DNA of 34,649 nt. It comes from Nitrospirota bacterium (lineage in GTDB: Bacteria; Nitrospirota; 9FT-COMBO-42-15; HDB-SIOI813). Positions 1 to 9,771 of the stretch are shown here, in pieces. How positions within the stretch are numbered: the stretch's first letter is position 1; every line of letters starts with the position of its first letter. Made by a program: the position numbers and the translations under genes. The DNA lies in assembly GCA_016234155.1 (NCBI GenBank), contig JACRGZ010000152.1, positions 1-34,649 on the forward strand, read 5' to 3'. The notes beneath the pieces were generated by a model, which saw only the letters and a list, made by a program, of their open reading frames with translations, was not told where the DNA came from and did not search any database.

Positions 1-737
1 CCAAGTGGCTTATTGGTACCTATAATGGTTAAAGGGATAACAGGGAGGGTTAGGAGGAAGGGGATAAGATGGTAGACCCTCCTCCACCTGTCCCTAAAAA
101 AGATACCCTCATAAAGGAGAATAACAAAAGGAAGGGTAAAGCTTATCTCCTTTGTCTTCATCGCAAGGACAGCGGAGAGAATGGAAAAGAGATAGAAAAC
201 CACTCTCGATACGGACCCAGAGGACAACCTCCATTTAACAAAGAGGACAACGGATAAAAGATAAAACAGGGTTGCAAGGGATGCATACCTCTGGACAATA
301 TAGGTAACTGCCTGGGTCTGGATGGGATGGGAGACAAAGACAAGGGAGGAAGCAAGGGCAATAAGACTATTTAGCCGTGAATTGTTAGTTAACCCGCCCA
401 TCTGCGGTGTCTTAAATGTCAGGATAACAAGCCACCAGACAAGAAGACCATTTATAATATGGATAACAATATTGACCAGGTGATATCCAGAGACATTAAA
501 TTGTCCAAAATGGTAATTCAGGGCAAAGGAGAGCTCACCTACGTATCTCGTACCCGAAAGGTCAAGAAAATTAGAAAGGTCCAGGATTTTATTATTTATA
601 ATGATACTGGTTCTATCATCAAAGTGGAATGAGGATGAAAATGTGTTGGAATATATTAGAAGGGTTGTTATAACTATAAGGGATAGCGCAATGACAGAAC
701 TGTACTTTCCAGAACGTCTCAGAGGAGAGTAAAACAT
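1..737 (-). CDS. TMTC/DUF1736-like GT-C membrane glycosyltransferase, N-terminal 245 codons only (gene continues past the left edge); seventh tandem paralog
   Basis: Absent from the ORF track (no stop in the window). Hand translation of the minus strand from ATG 737..735 gives MFYSPLRRSGKYSSVIALSLIVITTLLIYSNTFSSSFHFDDRTSIIINN...GYHLVNIVIHIINGLL...FVSHPIQTQAVTYIVQRYASLATLFYLL...LAMKTKEISFTLPFVILLYE. The frame stays open to position 3. The motif order (F-x-F-DD loop, GYH, HP...V.Y..R, K-E-hydrophobic, LYE) matches the six upstream paralogs. The ATG overlaps the upstream stop as TAATG. Track ORFs 69..257(+) and 158..361(-) lie inside it and look spurious. Confidence 0.8.
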   Translation of the reverse strand, partial: MFYSPLRRSGKYSSVIALSLIVITTLLIYSNTFSSSFHFDDRTSIIINNKILDLSNFLDLSGTRYVGELSFALNYHFGQFNVSGYHLVNIVIHIINGLLVWWLVILTFKTPQMGGLTNNSRLNSLIALASSLVFVSHPIQTQAVTYIVQRYASLATLFYLLSVVLFVKWRLSSGSVSRVVFYLFSILSAVLAMKTKEISFTLPFVILLYEGIFFRDRWRRVYHLIPFLLTLPVIPLTIIGTNKPL

Positions 738-2500
738 TATTTCACCTGTAAATCCTTTTTCAAATCTCTGCTGTTTCCCTGCAGCCTGGCCAGCTTATTC
801 CTGACTTCACCGGCCACCCTTTGATCTGAAATCCCCTTCTGCAGAAGAGCCTCATATTCCGTCATGGCCTCATTAACCCGTCCCAAATGGACCAGCGCAT
901 CTGCTAAGAGCCTGTGCCCCTCTATACCGTCCGGCCACATCAGTACGGCACGTTTGTATACATGGATCGCATCATCCAAGCGTCCCTCCTCAGTACCTTT
1001 TTTACCGACCTGCAGCAGTGCGGCATAGAAACCAGAATTCAAGCGGAAGGCCGCCCCGTACCATAAGCCGGCATCATTCAACCGTCCCTGTTTTTCAAGG
1101 ATCAGCCCCACGTTAAATACGGCTTCAGGGTCCGTCGGATTAATAATCCATGCGCGATGAAACTGTTCGAATGCCTGATCCAGTTGACCCAGGCGTGAAT
1201 AGGCTGTACCCAGGATCTCCCGGCTCAAGGCAGAATATGGTTCCTTTTGTACTGCATCGCCCCATAGGGATATATCGTCCTGCCAGACGATATTGCGCTG
1301 AATCGTCAGTGCCCCATAAATTAAAATAAGAGTTACAGTCCCTGCACAGACACCCCACCAGAGACTATGTATTCGATGCCTGGTCCAGTCCAAAAGCCGA
1401 ACCAGGCCGGTCGCCTCCAGTCCCACAATCCCAACTATGGCCAGATAGGCACGATTCTCCTGTAACACTGTATACAACTGAATAACTGCCAGCGGGCTCA
1501 GCGCCATAAAAAACCAGGCCAGCAGGAAGGCATATGTCCGTTTCGTGATATCACCGGTACTTACCCACCAAAGAATCAGTCCCAGGAGACCAACCAACAC
1601 GAGACATGCAAGGGCTACCGGCCATGCTGCAAAGGTCTTGTAAACCTCTGCCTGATGATCTATCGTCAGGTTCGCAGGCCAGAGGATCAACCCGATTGTC
1701 CTGACCAGCACCACACTCTCTGTAGCCAGTTGTTTCACGAGATCCCGGCCCACAGTCGGCGCCAGGACTGCCCCCAACATCACCTTACGGATCGCCAGAT
1801 AGGAAATGACCACCACAACACCGATACCTGCCGGCACCTGTAAACGCCTTAGATGATCCCGCCACCCTGCAGCAGGACCTAAAAACCATTCGTACAGGAG
1901 TATCGCCAATGGGAAGGTCACTGCCAGCTCCTTAGAAAGCATGGACAGGACAAAGGATATCAAAGATAGTACCAGCCAAAGGTAAGAGTTGGAAGAGCGA
2001 GAGGACAAACGATAGCGCAGGTACGCATAAAAGGCCAGCAAATAAAACATGGCGTAGAGCTGAGATGACCGGGCCGTTACATAATTTACAGCCTCGGCAT
2101 TAAAGGGATGGACCAGAAACAAAAGTCCCGCCAAAACCCCGACAGACGTCCTGCCTGTCAGACGATATAGCACCAGGGCCGTAAGAAAAGCCGTCAGGAT
2201 GTGAATCAGTATACTGAGCATGTGATACCCGAAGGGATCTAACCCGCTGATAGCATAGCTCAACATGTATGACGTATACACCATCGGACGGTAATGGATA
2301 GCCATGACAGGGTCATCCCCGGGATGCATGGTATTGCTCCAGATATCTATTAATCGAGACGCATGACGGATCCCCTCGTTTTGGAGAATGACATGGGCAT
2401 CATCAAAGGTAAATCCGTTATCAAGGGTGTTAACATAAAGGATGCCGCCCAGGATTGAGAAACCTATGAAGAGGAGTAATATCCTTATCTTAATGCCCAT
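737..2500 (-). CDS. GT-C (TMTC/DUF1736-like) membrane glycosyltransferase with C-terminal TPR repeats, paralog 1
   Basis: Track ORF 737..2599. I prefer the ATG at 2500 (MGIKIRILLLFIGF...) because GGAGGG lies about 8 nt upstream and the longer form would overlap about 110 nt of the upstream gene. Motifs: NGFTFDDAHVI, HYRPMVYTSY, HPFNAEAVNYVTARSSQLYAMFYLL, LSKELAVTFPL, LQENRAYLA, then TPR-like repeats (YSALSREILGTAYSRLGQLDQAFEQF...). Confidence 0.85.
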   Translation of the reverse strand: MGIKIRILLLFIGFSILGGILYVNTLDNGFTFDDAHVILQNEGIRHASRLIDIWSNTMHPGDDPVMAIHYRPMVYTSYMLSYAISGLDPFGYHMLSILIHILTAFLTALVLYRLTGRTSVGVLAGLLFLVHPFNAEAVNYVTARSSQLYAMFYLLAFYAYLRYRLSSRSSNSYLWLVLSLISFVLSMLSKELAVTFPLAILLYEWFLGPAAGWRDHLRRLQVPAGIGVVVVISYLAIRKVMLGAVLAPTVGRDLVKQLATESVVLVRTIGLILWPANLTIDHQAEVYKTFAAWPVALACLVLVGLLGLILWWVSTGDITKRTYAFLLAWFFMALSPLAVIQLYTVLQENRAYLAIVGIVGLEATGLVRLLDWTRHRIHSLWWGVCAGTVTLILIYGALTIQRNIVWQDDISLWGDAVQKEPYSALSREILGTAYSRLGQLDQAFEQFHRAWIINPTDPEAVFNVGLILEKQGRLNDAGLWYGAAFRLNSGFYAALLQVGKKGTEEGRLDDAIHVYKRAVLMWPDGIEGHRLLADALVHLGRVNEAMTEYEALLQKGISDQRVAGEVRNKLARLQGNSRDLKKDLQVK

Positions 2501-4241
2501 GATGTCTATCCCTCCTGTCTCCCCGCAGCCTGGCCAGCTTAGTCCCTGCTTCCTCGGCCAAATTTTGGTCATGGATCCCTTTCTCCATGGCCGCCTCATA
2601 CTCCCTTATGGCCTCTCCTGTCCGTCCTGCATGGTCAAGGGCATCGGCCAGACGATAGCGTGCAATACCGCTATCTGGAGATAGCCGCACAGCCTGTGAG
2701 AACGCCCATACAGCTTTGTCCCAATTGTTTTGCAGCTCTTCTAATTTCCCCAACCTGAAATAGGCAAGAGTATATTTAGGATTCAGCCGGATCGCCTCTA
2801 AATACCACTTTCTTGCCTCATCATATCGTTCCTGCTTCAGTGCCGTCACTCCAAGATTAAAAGCTATGTTGGAGTTGTTTGGGTCCAGAGAATACATGAT
2901 ACGGTAATGTTCCGCAGCACGGTCTAACTGCCCCATCTTTTCATAGGCCCAGCTAAGGTTGTCGTGACTTACCAGTGACTTGGGTTCCTTTTGAACTGCA
3001 TCGGTCCAGAGGGAGAGGTCATCATGCCATACAACATTACGCTGGATCGTCAAACCTCCATATATAAGGACTAAAACCAGGATCCCTGCCCACCCCCCCC
3101 ACCAGAAGACCGGCCCGCGGGTCCTGGCCCTCTCCACAACCCAGACCAGGCCAATGGCTTCAAGTCCCACAATCCCCATAGTCGCCAGGTAAGCCCTGTT
3201 CTCTTGTAAGACCGCATGAAACGGCATTACCACCAGAATACTCACTATTGAGAAAAACCATACCATATGGAAGGCATATATCCGCTTCTTTATATCGTTT
3301 GATTGTCCCCAGTAAAAGATAAGTCCAAACAGGAACAATAACACGATGCATGCCCCTAATACAGGCCACGCCATAAAGGTCTTGTAAATCTCCACCTGGT
3401 GGTCTATCGTCAAGTTGGCAGGCCATAGAATCAACCCTATTGTACGAATCAATACCACACTCTCAGTAGCAAACTGCCTCACCAGATTCCGGCCCACCGC
3501 AGACGGCACGACCTCTCCTATCAAAAACTTCCGGATCATCATATAGGAAATGACTACGGCAAGACCAAAACCTATGGGGATACTCAGTCGTCGCAGCTTA
3601 TCCTGCCACCTTACGTTTGAGCCTAACAGCCATTCGTATGCCACTACGGATAAAGGCAGGGTTACAGCCATCTCCTTGGATAACATGGACATGATAAAGG
3701 ATAATAAGAAGATACCCAGCCAGAGTTTGGGGCGGGACGGTGAACGATAACGTACATACGAATAAAAGGCTATCAGATAGAACAGCGCATAGAGCTGAGA
3801 TGACCTGGCTGTTACATAGTTTACAGCCTCCGCATTAAATGGGTGTATCAGAAACAGAAACCCTGCCAGACCTCCTATGGACAATTGACCTGTTAATTGA
3901 TAAATTACCAAGGCTACCAGAAAGGCCGTCAGGATATGAATTATCAGATTGACCACATTATAACCAATAGGATTCACCCCGCCAATGGCATAGTTCAACA
4001 TGTAAGAGGTGTATACTAATGGACGATAATGTTTCGACATGGCAGGATCATCGCCTGGGTGTTCGGTGTTAGTCCAAATATCTAAAATTTTCGAGGGAAG
4101 ACGAATTCCCTCATTATTGACAATCACATGCGCATCATCGAAGTGAAAGCTATTATCAATGGAGTTGGCGTAAAGGATCCCCCCTACAGCCATAAAACCT
4201 ATAAGGAGGAGCAGCATCATGTTACGTGGAAATTGCAGCAT
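2490..4241 (-). CDS. GT-C (TMTC/DUF1736-like) membrane glycosyltransferase with C-terminal TPR repeats, paralog 2
   Basis: 583-aa ORF. Motifs: NSFHFDDAHVI, HYRPLVYTSY, HPFNAEAVNYVTARSSQLYALFYLI, LSKEMAVTLPL, LQENRAYLA, with TPRs at the C-terminus. A 77-nt stretch (about 3790-3866) aligned by eye is about 84% identical to paralog 1 (about 2050-2126). The stop overlaps the paralog 1 start by 11 nt. Confidence 0.85.
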   Translation of the reverse strand: MLQFPRNMMLLLLIGFMAVGGILYANSIDNSFHFDDAHVIVNNEGIRLPSKILDIWTNTEHPGDDPAMSKHYRPLVYTSYMLNYAIGGVNPIGYNVVNLIIHILTAFLVALVIYQLTGQLSIGGLAGFLFLIHPFNAEAVNYVTARSSQLYALFYLIAFYSYVRYRSPSRPKLWLGIFLLSFIMSMLSKEMAVTLPLSVVAYEWLLGSNVRWQDKLRRLSIPIGFGLAVVISYMMIRKFLIGEVVPSAVGRNLVRQFATESVVLIRTIGLILWPANLTIDHQVEIYKTFMAWPVLGACIVLLFLFGLIFYWGQSNDIKKRIYAFHMVWFFSIVSILVVMPFHAVLQENRAYLATMGIVGLEAIGLVWVVERARTRGPVFWWGGWAGILVLVLIYGGLTIQRNVVWHDDLSLWTDAVQKEPKSLVSHDNLSWAYEKMGQLDRAAEHYRIMYSLDPNNSNIAFNLGVTALKQERYDEARKWYLEAIRLNPKYTLAYFRLGKLEELQNNWDKAVWAFSQAVRLSPDSGIARYRLADALDHAGRTGEAIREYEAAMEKGIHDQNLAEEAGTKLARLRGDRRDRHHGH

Positions 4242-4246
4242 CCTAC

Positions 4247-6061
4247 CTACCTCTTCTCCGGAATTTTAGTAAGCATAGTCCTGACCTCCGCTTCCAATTC
4301 CGGATCCTCGAGTTTTTTCTGCAACAGGGTCTCATATTCACCGGCGGCATCCTGATACCTGCCTGCTTTAAAGAGGGCATTACCCAACCATAGACGTACT
4401 TGATCAAGTTCCGGATCGAGACCAATAGTTTGGGAATATTCCTGAATAGCGTCACTGACACGGCCCTGCTTCTCATAAAGCAATCCGAGGGCCAGGTGGG
4501 CCTTATGAAACTGTGGGGCCAACTGGAGGGTTTGTCTGTACAATCGTTCTGCCTCATCGTACCGGCCCTGTTTATCTGTGATCAGTCCAAGATTATAAAC
4601 CCCTACAAACCGCCCAGGTTGCAGACGGATCGCCACCCGGAACTGGTCGGCCGCCTCGTCCAATCTCCCCAGCCTGCGGTAGGCAACACCCAGATTATCC
4701 CTTGCAATTACTGAAGAAGGATTTTTCTGGACAGTATCTGACCAGAGGGTCAGTTCATCCTGCCAGACCTGATTGCGCAGAATGGTGCCTCTCCCATAGA
4801 CGAGGATTATCATAATAATCGCCCCCCAAATCCACGGTTGCAGGGATGGGCATCGAATCTTAGCCCAATCCAAAAGCCGGGACATAACCAAAGCCACTAA
4901 CCCTATCAATCCTACAACTGCCAGATAGGCACGGTTTTCCTGAAGGATGTCATGTAATGGTAATAATACTATAGGAGTCAAGGCTACAAAAAACCATGCT
5001 ATCATGAAGGCGGTGAGACGTCTGTTCCGGCTGGGTGATCTGGACCACCAAAGGGTGAGAACTAATATCCCGGACAGGATAATCGAGTAACCCAGGACAG
5101 GCCAGGCAGCAAACGATTGAAAAGTAACCACCTGGTGTTCAATGGAAAGGTTGACAGGAAAAAGAAATATCCCTATGGTTTGCAACAGTACCCTGGTTTG
5201 TGTAGCCAGCCTGGTTGTCAGGTCTCTCATAATAATCTCTGGAATGCTTCCACCATATAGAAATGTCCTGACCATGATATAAGGGATTACTGTGGACAGG
5301 ACGTATCCCGCAGGGATTGCATAACCCTGCAACCGGGCACGCCACCCCTGGGGAGAACGGATCATCCATTCATAAAGGAACAGTGTCACTGGCAGCATCA
5401 CTGCCATCTCCTTTGACAGCATGGACAGTAAAAAGGCAGCAAATGATAATCCAAGGTAAGCATAGGAAAGGGATTTCCCACTTTCCTTTGAAGGTTTATC
5501 CAGGGGATGAAATTGCAGATAGGCGTAAAGGGATATTAGATAGAACAGGGCATACAACTGGGAGGACCTGGCTGTCATGAAATTCACCGCCTCCGCATTA
5601 AAGGGGTGTACCAGAAATAAGAGCCCGGCCAGGGTGCCTGTCATAAACCTGCCTGTGAGCTGACCAATCACAATGGCTGTAAGGAACGCAGTCAGAACGT
5701 GAATTAGAATATTTGCCAGGTGCCAACCTGCCGGATTCAGTCCCCCTATCCAGTAATTCAATAGATACGATGTAAACGTTAGCGGTCGATAATGCCACCT
5801 TAACCAGGACAACTCACCAGAATGTTGTTTACTGACAAATAACCCTGGCAGATTTTCTATATGATGCACCCCCTCATTTTTTACAATATAGAATTCATCG
5901 TCATAGTGAAATCCATTATCCATGGAGTTTGCATAGATAAATCCCCCGGCTATCAGATAGACCAGCAGCAACACCACTGTCTGATGTTTGATGAACCAAA
6001 TCAGTCTGCCATTCCCCATCTTCCGGATGCCGGAATCAATCTCTGTCATTGCTGCACTCAC
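4247..6061 (-). CDS. GT-C (TMTC/DUF1736-like) membrane glycosyltransferase with C-terminal TPR repeats, paralog 3
   Basis: 604-aa ORF. The codon at 6061 is GTG; alternative ATG starts are at 6049 and 6019. Motifs: NGFHYDDEFYI, HYRPLTFTSY, HPFNAEAVNFMTARSSQLYALFYLI, LSKEMAVMLPV, LQENRAYLA, plus TPRs. There is a 5-nt gap to paralog 2 and a 0-nt gap to paralog 4. Confidence 0.8.
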   Translation of the reverse strand: MSAAMTEIDSGIRKMGNGRLIWFIKHQTVVLLLVYLIAGGFIYANSMDNGFHYDDEFYIVKNEGVHHIENLPGLFVSKQHSGELSWLRWHYRPLTFTSYLLNYWIGGLNPAGWHLANILIHVLTAFLTAIVIGQLTGRFMTGTLAGLLFLVHPFNAEAVNFMTARSSQLYALFYLISLYAYLQFHPLDKPSKESGKSLSYAYLGLSFAAFLLSMLSKEMAVMLPVTLFLYEWMIRSPQGWRARLQGYAIPAGYVLSTVIPYIMVRTFLYGGSIPEIIMRDLTTRLATQTRVLLQTIGIFLFPVNLSIEHQVVTFQSFAAWPVLGYSIILSGILVLTLWWSRSPSRNRRLTAFMIAWFFVALTPIVLLPLHDILQENRAYLAVVGLIGLVALVMSRLLDWAKIRCPSLQPWIWGAIIMIILVYGRGTILRNQVWQDELTLWSDTVQKNPSSVIARDNLGVAYRRLGRLDEAADQFRVAIRLQPGRFVGVYNLGLITDKQGRYDEAERLYRQTLQLAPQFHKAHLALGLLYEKQGRVSDAIQEYSQTIGLDPELDQVRLWLGNALFKAGRYQDAAGEYETLLQKKLEDPELEAEVRTMLTKIPEKR

Positions 6062-7954
6062 TTACTGCACCGCACCTAATCGCTTCAACTGTTCCCTCGC
6101 CTTCCCGATGGCAAACTGGTTCTCGGGGCTGGACAGGTCCTGCTCTGCCACCAGCCTGTATTCTGCAATGGCCTGCACACGGTCCCCCTGTCGTTCGATA
6201 AGGCTTGCCATATTTAACCTGCTTAGGGCATCACCAGGATCAATGGACAGTGCCTTGCGGAAGTAGGAAATGGCCAGGTCCGAACGATTCTGTAACCCGT
6301 ACTCCTCGCCCAAGATCACATACCCTTCCACAAAGGATTTATTATATTCCACTGCCTTCAGGAATTCCTGTATAGCCAGGTCCCTTCGGTTCTGTCGCCT
6401 GTATACAAGTCCCAGGTTAAAGTGGGCCTCGGCGATATCGTAACCGGATCTCAATGCCTCTATCAGCACTTTCTCAGCCTGTGACAGTTGTCCTGCATCA
6501 TAGTATAACTTCCCCAGATTCAGGTAGACAAGGGAATCTCCCGGATCAAGGGAAATGGCCTTTTGATATTCTGCAAGGGCCAAACCCTGGCGGTTCCCTG
6601 AGCGATATGCCCTTCCCAAAAAGGTGTGCGCCCTGGCCAGGTCAGGCGATTTTCTTACCGCATCCTGCCATAGTGCAAGGTCGCTGTCCCATACGACATT
6701 CCGCTGATAGGTCAGACCCGAATATATGATGGCAACAAGGATTATCACCCCCCATTGAACTGTCCTCATCCGTGGAAAATATTTAGCGCCTTCTGAAAAA
6801 AGAAGGGCAAACAGTTGAACCATAGTGAATATTATTCCGGCGGCCGAGAGGTATCCGCGGTTTTCTTGTAAAAGAGAACCAAGAGGAATCAACACTGTTG
6901 GAAGTTGTGTTACAAAAAACCAGGCCACACCGAAAGAGAGTATGCGGGAAGTACGCCCTCCCCGCGTCATGCATATTGCAGCGGCCGCCACAAGCCCCAG
7001 GATCACGCCTAAGGCCGCAAGGGGAGGCCATGCAAGTATTGTATGCATCACAGGAATATAGTGCTCTATCGTCAGTCCGATCGGGAGTAGTATGAGTTGA
7101 AGCATTTTTACTAATACGAGCGGGGCAGTAGCCAATTGCGAGGACATTCCTCTGGCATAGGTATCGGATAAGGGGGTCCCGTAGAAAAAAACTCGCATCG
7201 AGAGATACGGGAGAACTACCGCTGACAGGAAGATGACTGGTATCCCCCAGGAGGCTGCACGAAAGAATCCACCCTTGGGAGCACGCCTGAAGGTGATTTC
7301 ATAAAGATAGAGGGTGACAGGCACTGTCGCCGCAACCTCCTTGCTGAGCATTGCAAGGACAAATGTGCCAAAAGAGATCCCAAGCCACAACCTTCCATAA
7401 TGAGCAGTATGGCGGGGTTCCGTTTCCCGTGGAGGGCGGGCCCGCATATAGGCATAAACGGATAACAGATAGAAAAAGGTCGCCATGACGGATGATCTGG
7501 CCGTGATGTAGTTCACCACCTCTGAGTTAAAGGGGTGGAGTAGAAACAGCATCCCCGTTATACCGCCCAATCCGTGAGAACCCGTTAATAGTGCCGTTAT
7601 TAAACAGAGCAGGAAGGCCGCACCCACATGGAGCCCCAGATTGACTATATGATATCCTGCGGGATTGAGTCTGCCCAGTGCATAATTGATATTGTACGAC
7701 GCGTAGGTAATGGGGCGAAAGGTGTGGGTAAACCGCTCTGAACCGCTTGAGTATATCGGATTGTAGAAGAGTTTAGGGATGTTCTCTGTGGATTGGAGGT
7801 AATGGTTGTTTACAATGTCATGCTCGTCGTCATAATGAAACGGGTTGTCAAGGGCGTTTGCATACAGGACGAGACCGAGTATTCCATAAATGAGCCCATA
7901 AATGAGGAAGGTCACCCACTTGTTCTTATGTGATACACGCTGCACAAGGTTCAT
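6062..7954 (-). CDS. GT-C (TMTC/DUF1736-like) membrane glycosyltransferase with C-terminal TPR repeats, paralog 4
   Basis: 630-aa ORF. Motifs: NPFHYDDEHDI, FRPITYASY, HPFNSEVVNYITARSSVMATFFYLL, LSKEVAATVPV, LQENRGYLS, and a longer TPR tail. The start overlaps the paralog 5 stop as ATGA. Confidence 0.85.
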   Translation of the reverse strand: MNLVQRVSHKNKWVTFLIYGLIYGILGLVLYANALDNPFHYDDEHDIVNNHYLQSTENIPKLFYNPIYSSGSERFTHTFRPITYASYNINYALGRLNPAGYHIVNLGLHVGAAFLLCLITALLTGSHGLGGITGMLFLLHPFNSEVVNYITARSSVMATFFYLLSVYAYMRARPPRETEPRHTAHYGRLWLGISFGTFVLAMLSKEVAATVPVTLYLYEITFRRAPKGGFFRAASWGIPVIFLSAVVLPYLSMRVFFYGTPLSDTYARGMSSQLATAPLVLVKMLQLILLPIGLTIEHYIPVMHTILAWPPLAALGVILGLVAAAAICMTRGGRTSRILSFGVAWFFVTQLPTVLIPLGSLLQENRGYLSAAGIIFTMVQLFALLFSEGAKYFPRMRTVQWGVIILVAIIYSGLTYQRNVVWDSDLALWQDAVRKSPDLARAHTFLGRAYRSGNRQGLALAEYQKAISLDPGDSLVYLNLGKLYYDAGQLSQAEKVLIEALRSGYDIAEAHFNLGLVYRRQNRRDLAIQEFLKAVEYNKSFVEGYVILGEEYGLQNRSDLAISYFRKALSIDPGDALSRLNMASLIERQGDRVQAIAEYRLVAEQDLSSPENQFAIGKAREQLKRLGAVQ

Positions 7955-9771
7955 CTCGGGATTTCTAACTCCCTTTGGAGTGATGGGTCCAACCTGACAG
8001 CATAGTCAAATGCTTGTCTGGAAGCCAGGGCATCACCATGCTCCTTGTAAAGGCGCCCTGCCAGAAACTGGATTCTGGGTAGATTCGGGTTTCTTTCCAA
8101 CACCTGGCTTAACAGCCTTAATGCCTTGTCCGGCGAACCCTCCTGTTGATATATCATGCTCAGATTGTAGAGGGCTATTTCACTGTAAGGATAGATTCTG
8201 AGGGCTGTTTCAAACTCATTGCGGGCTAACTCCATATCTCCCCGTCTTTTATATAAAATCCCCAGGCTCGTATGTGCCCGTTCGAATAAGGGGTCAATAC
8301 TAAGGGCATCCCTGTACTCTTTCTCTGCAAGGTCTTCCCGTTTTAAATGCATGTAGAGCCCGCCCATATCATTATGAAGGTCCGGACGGTCATTATTGAG
8401 TTTCAAGGCCATCTGCAGCTCGCTCGCCGCAGCATCCAACCATCCAATATGTTTATAGGCTATTCCAAGGGAGTGGTGAGCCTGATAAAATCCGGGCGCC
8501 TTTCTGACAGCATCCTGCCAGAGATTTATACTGCTGTCCCAAACCCGATTCCGCTCCCGTATTCCTGCCCCATAAACTACAAGTACAACTGCAAAGAGAA
8601 CCCATCTGGCCATTTTCAGTTTCCCCTCCTGCCACCTTTCCATGCAGGTGAACAAAAGGGCTGTAAGGGCAGTAAATGCAAGGAATGCGATATAAACCCG
8701 ATTCTCCTGAAGGGAGGCATTGAGGGGGAGGAGGATTGTGGGTAATAGCGTAATGTAGAACCAGGCTAATGCAAACCCCATCACTTTAAGATTCCTGTTT
8801 GAGGATCTGAGTCCCCACACCATGACTGCCAGGAGTACCGTCAATAATAACACGCCTCCCACAACTCCCCTCTCAAAGAAAGAGTTGGGTTCAGGTATGT
8901 CATGCATCAGAGTAAGATTCACAGGGAAAAGCAGCATCTGCCATGTAATTGCAAGGGCCTTGACCTGTAACACAAGGTTCGTTATCAAATCCCGTATTAA
9001 GACCGGAGGGCCTACTACCCCTATAACCAGCTTTCGGACTATCAGGTAGCATAGAGAGATCAGAAAGAAGGGGACCATACGCCTTGACAGCCCTTTCCAA
9101 TCCCTGCCTGCCGAAGGGATAAAAATCATCTCATACAGGATTAGCATAAGCGGCAGGGTAATTAATATCTCTTTGGTCAAAATGCCCAGGAGAAACGCTG
9201 CCCATGAGAGATATCTCCACTGGAGTTCCTCCGCCCCACCCTTCACTGATGCAGCATCCTGATTCGACGGCCTGTACCGGAGATAGGCATAAAAGGCCAG
9301 GAGGTAAAAAAATGTTGCCATTACAGAAGACCGGGCCGTCACATAGTTCACTACCTCTGCATTAACAGGGTGGAATAACATAACCAGACCGGCAACAAGG
9401 GCTGGTAAGTTGGATCTCAACATTACACTTACGATGAGAAACACCAGAAACGACGACCCCACATGAAACGCCAGATTTACCAGGTGATAGCCAATCGGAT
9501 TCAGTCTCCCTATCCAATAGTTGAGCACAAAGGTGGAGAGCAATAAAGGCCGGTAGTGTCCAGCCCCAAAAGCAGTCTCTCTGCTATTACGTGTGTTTTC
9601 ATAGAAAAAGGTGGGGATACTGCCTACGTCCCTGATAAATGAGTTTTCAATAATCTGATGATTATCATCATAATAGAAGCCGTTATCCAGAGACGTTACA
9701 TAGAGGGCCAGTCCTGACACAATAAAGATTAATAAAATCCACCTCTTCAGAAAAATCTTTTCTAATATCAT
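7951..9771 (-). CDS. GT-C (TMTC/DUF1736-like) membrane glycosyltransferase with C-terminal TPR repeats, paralog 5
   Basis: 606-aa ORF. Motifs: NGFYYDDNHQI, HYRPLLLSTF, HPVNAEVVNYVTARSSVMATFFYLL, LTKEILITLPL, LQENRVYIA, plus TPRs. The start overlaps the paralog 6 stop as ATGA. Confidence 0.85.
   Translation of the reverse strand: MILEKIFLKRWILLIFIVSGLALYVTSLDNGFYYDDNHQIIENSFIRDVGSIPTFFYENTRNSRETAFGAGHYRPLLLSTFVLNYWIGRLNPIGYHLVNLAFHVGSSFLVFLIVSVMLRSNLPALVAGLVMLFHPVNAEVVNYVTARSSVMATFFYLLAFYAYLRYRPSNQDAASVKGGAEELQWRYLSWAAFLLGILTKEILITLPLMLILYEMIFIPSAGRDWKGLSRRMVPFFLISLCYLIVRKLVIGVVGPPVLIRDLITNLVLQVKALAITWQMLLFPVNLTLMHDIPEPNSFFERGVVGGVLLLTVLLAVMVWGLRSSNRNLKVMGFALAWFYITLLPTILLPLNASLQENRVYIAFLAFTALTALLFTCMERWQEGKLKMARWVLFAVVLVVYGAGIRERNRVWDSSINLWQDAVRKAPGFYQAHHSLGIAYKHIGWLDAAASELQMALKLNNDRPDLHNDMGGLYMHLKREDLAEKEYRDALSIDPLFERAHTSLGILYKRRGDMELARNEFETALRIYPYSEIALYNLSMIYQQEGSPDKALRLLSQVLERNPNLPRIQFLAGRLYKEHGDALASRQAFDYAVRLDPSLQRELEIPR

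Noticed and set aside
69-361. Track ORFs 69..257(+) and 158..361(-)
   Set aside because: Both lie inside the hand-translated partial TMTC-like gene (1..737, minus strand, another frame). That gene has clear family motifs. The two short ORFs have low-complexity, Pro/Ser/Arg-rich translations with no supporting signals.
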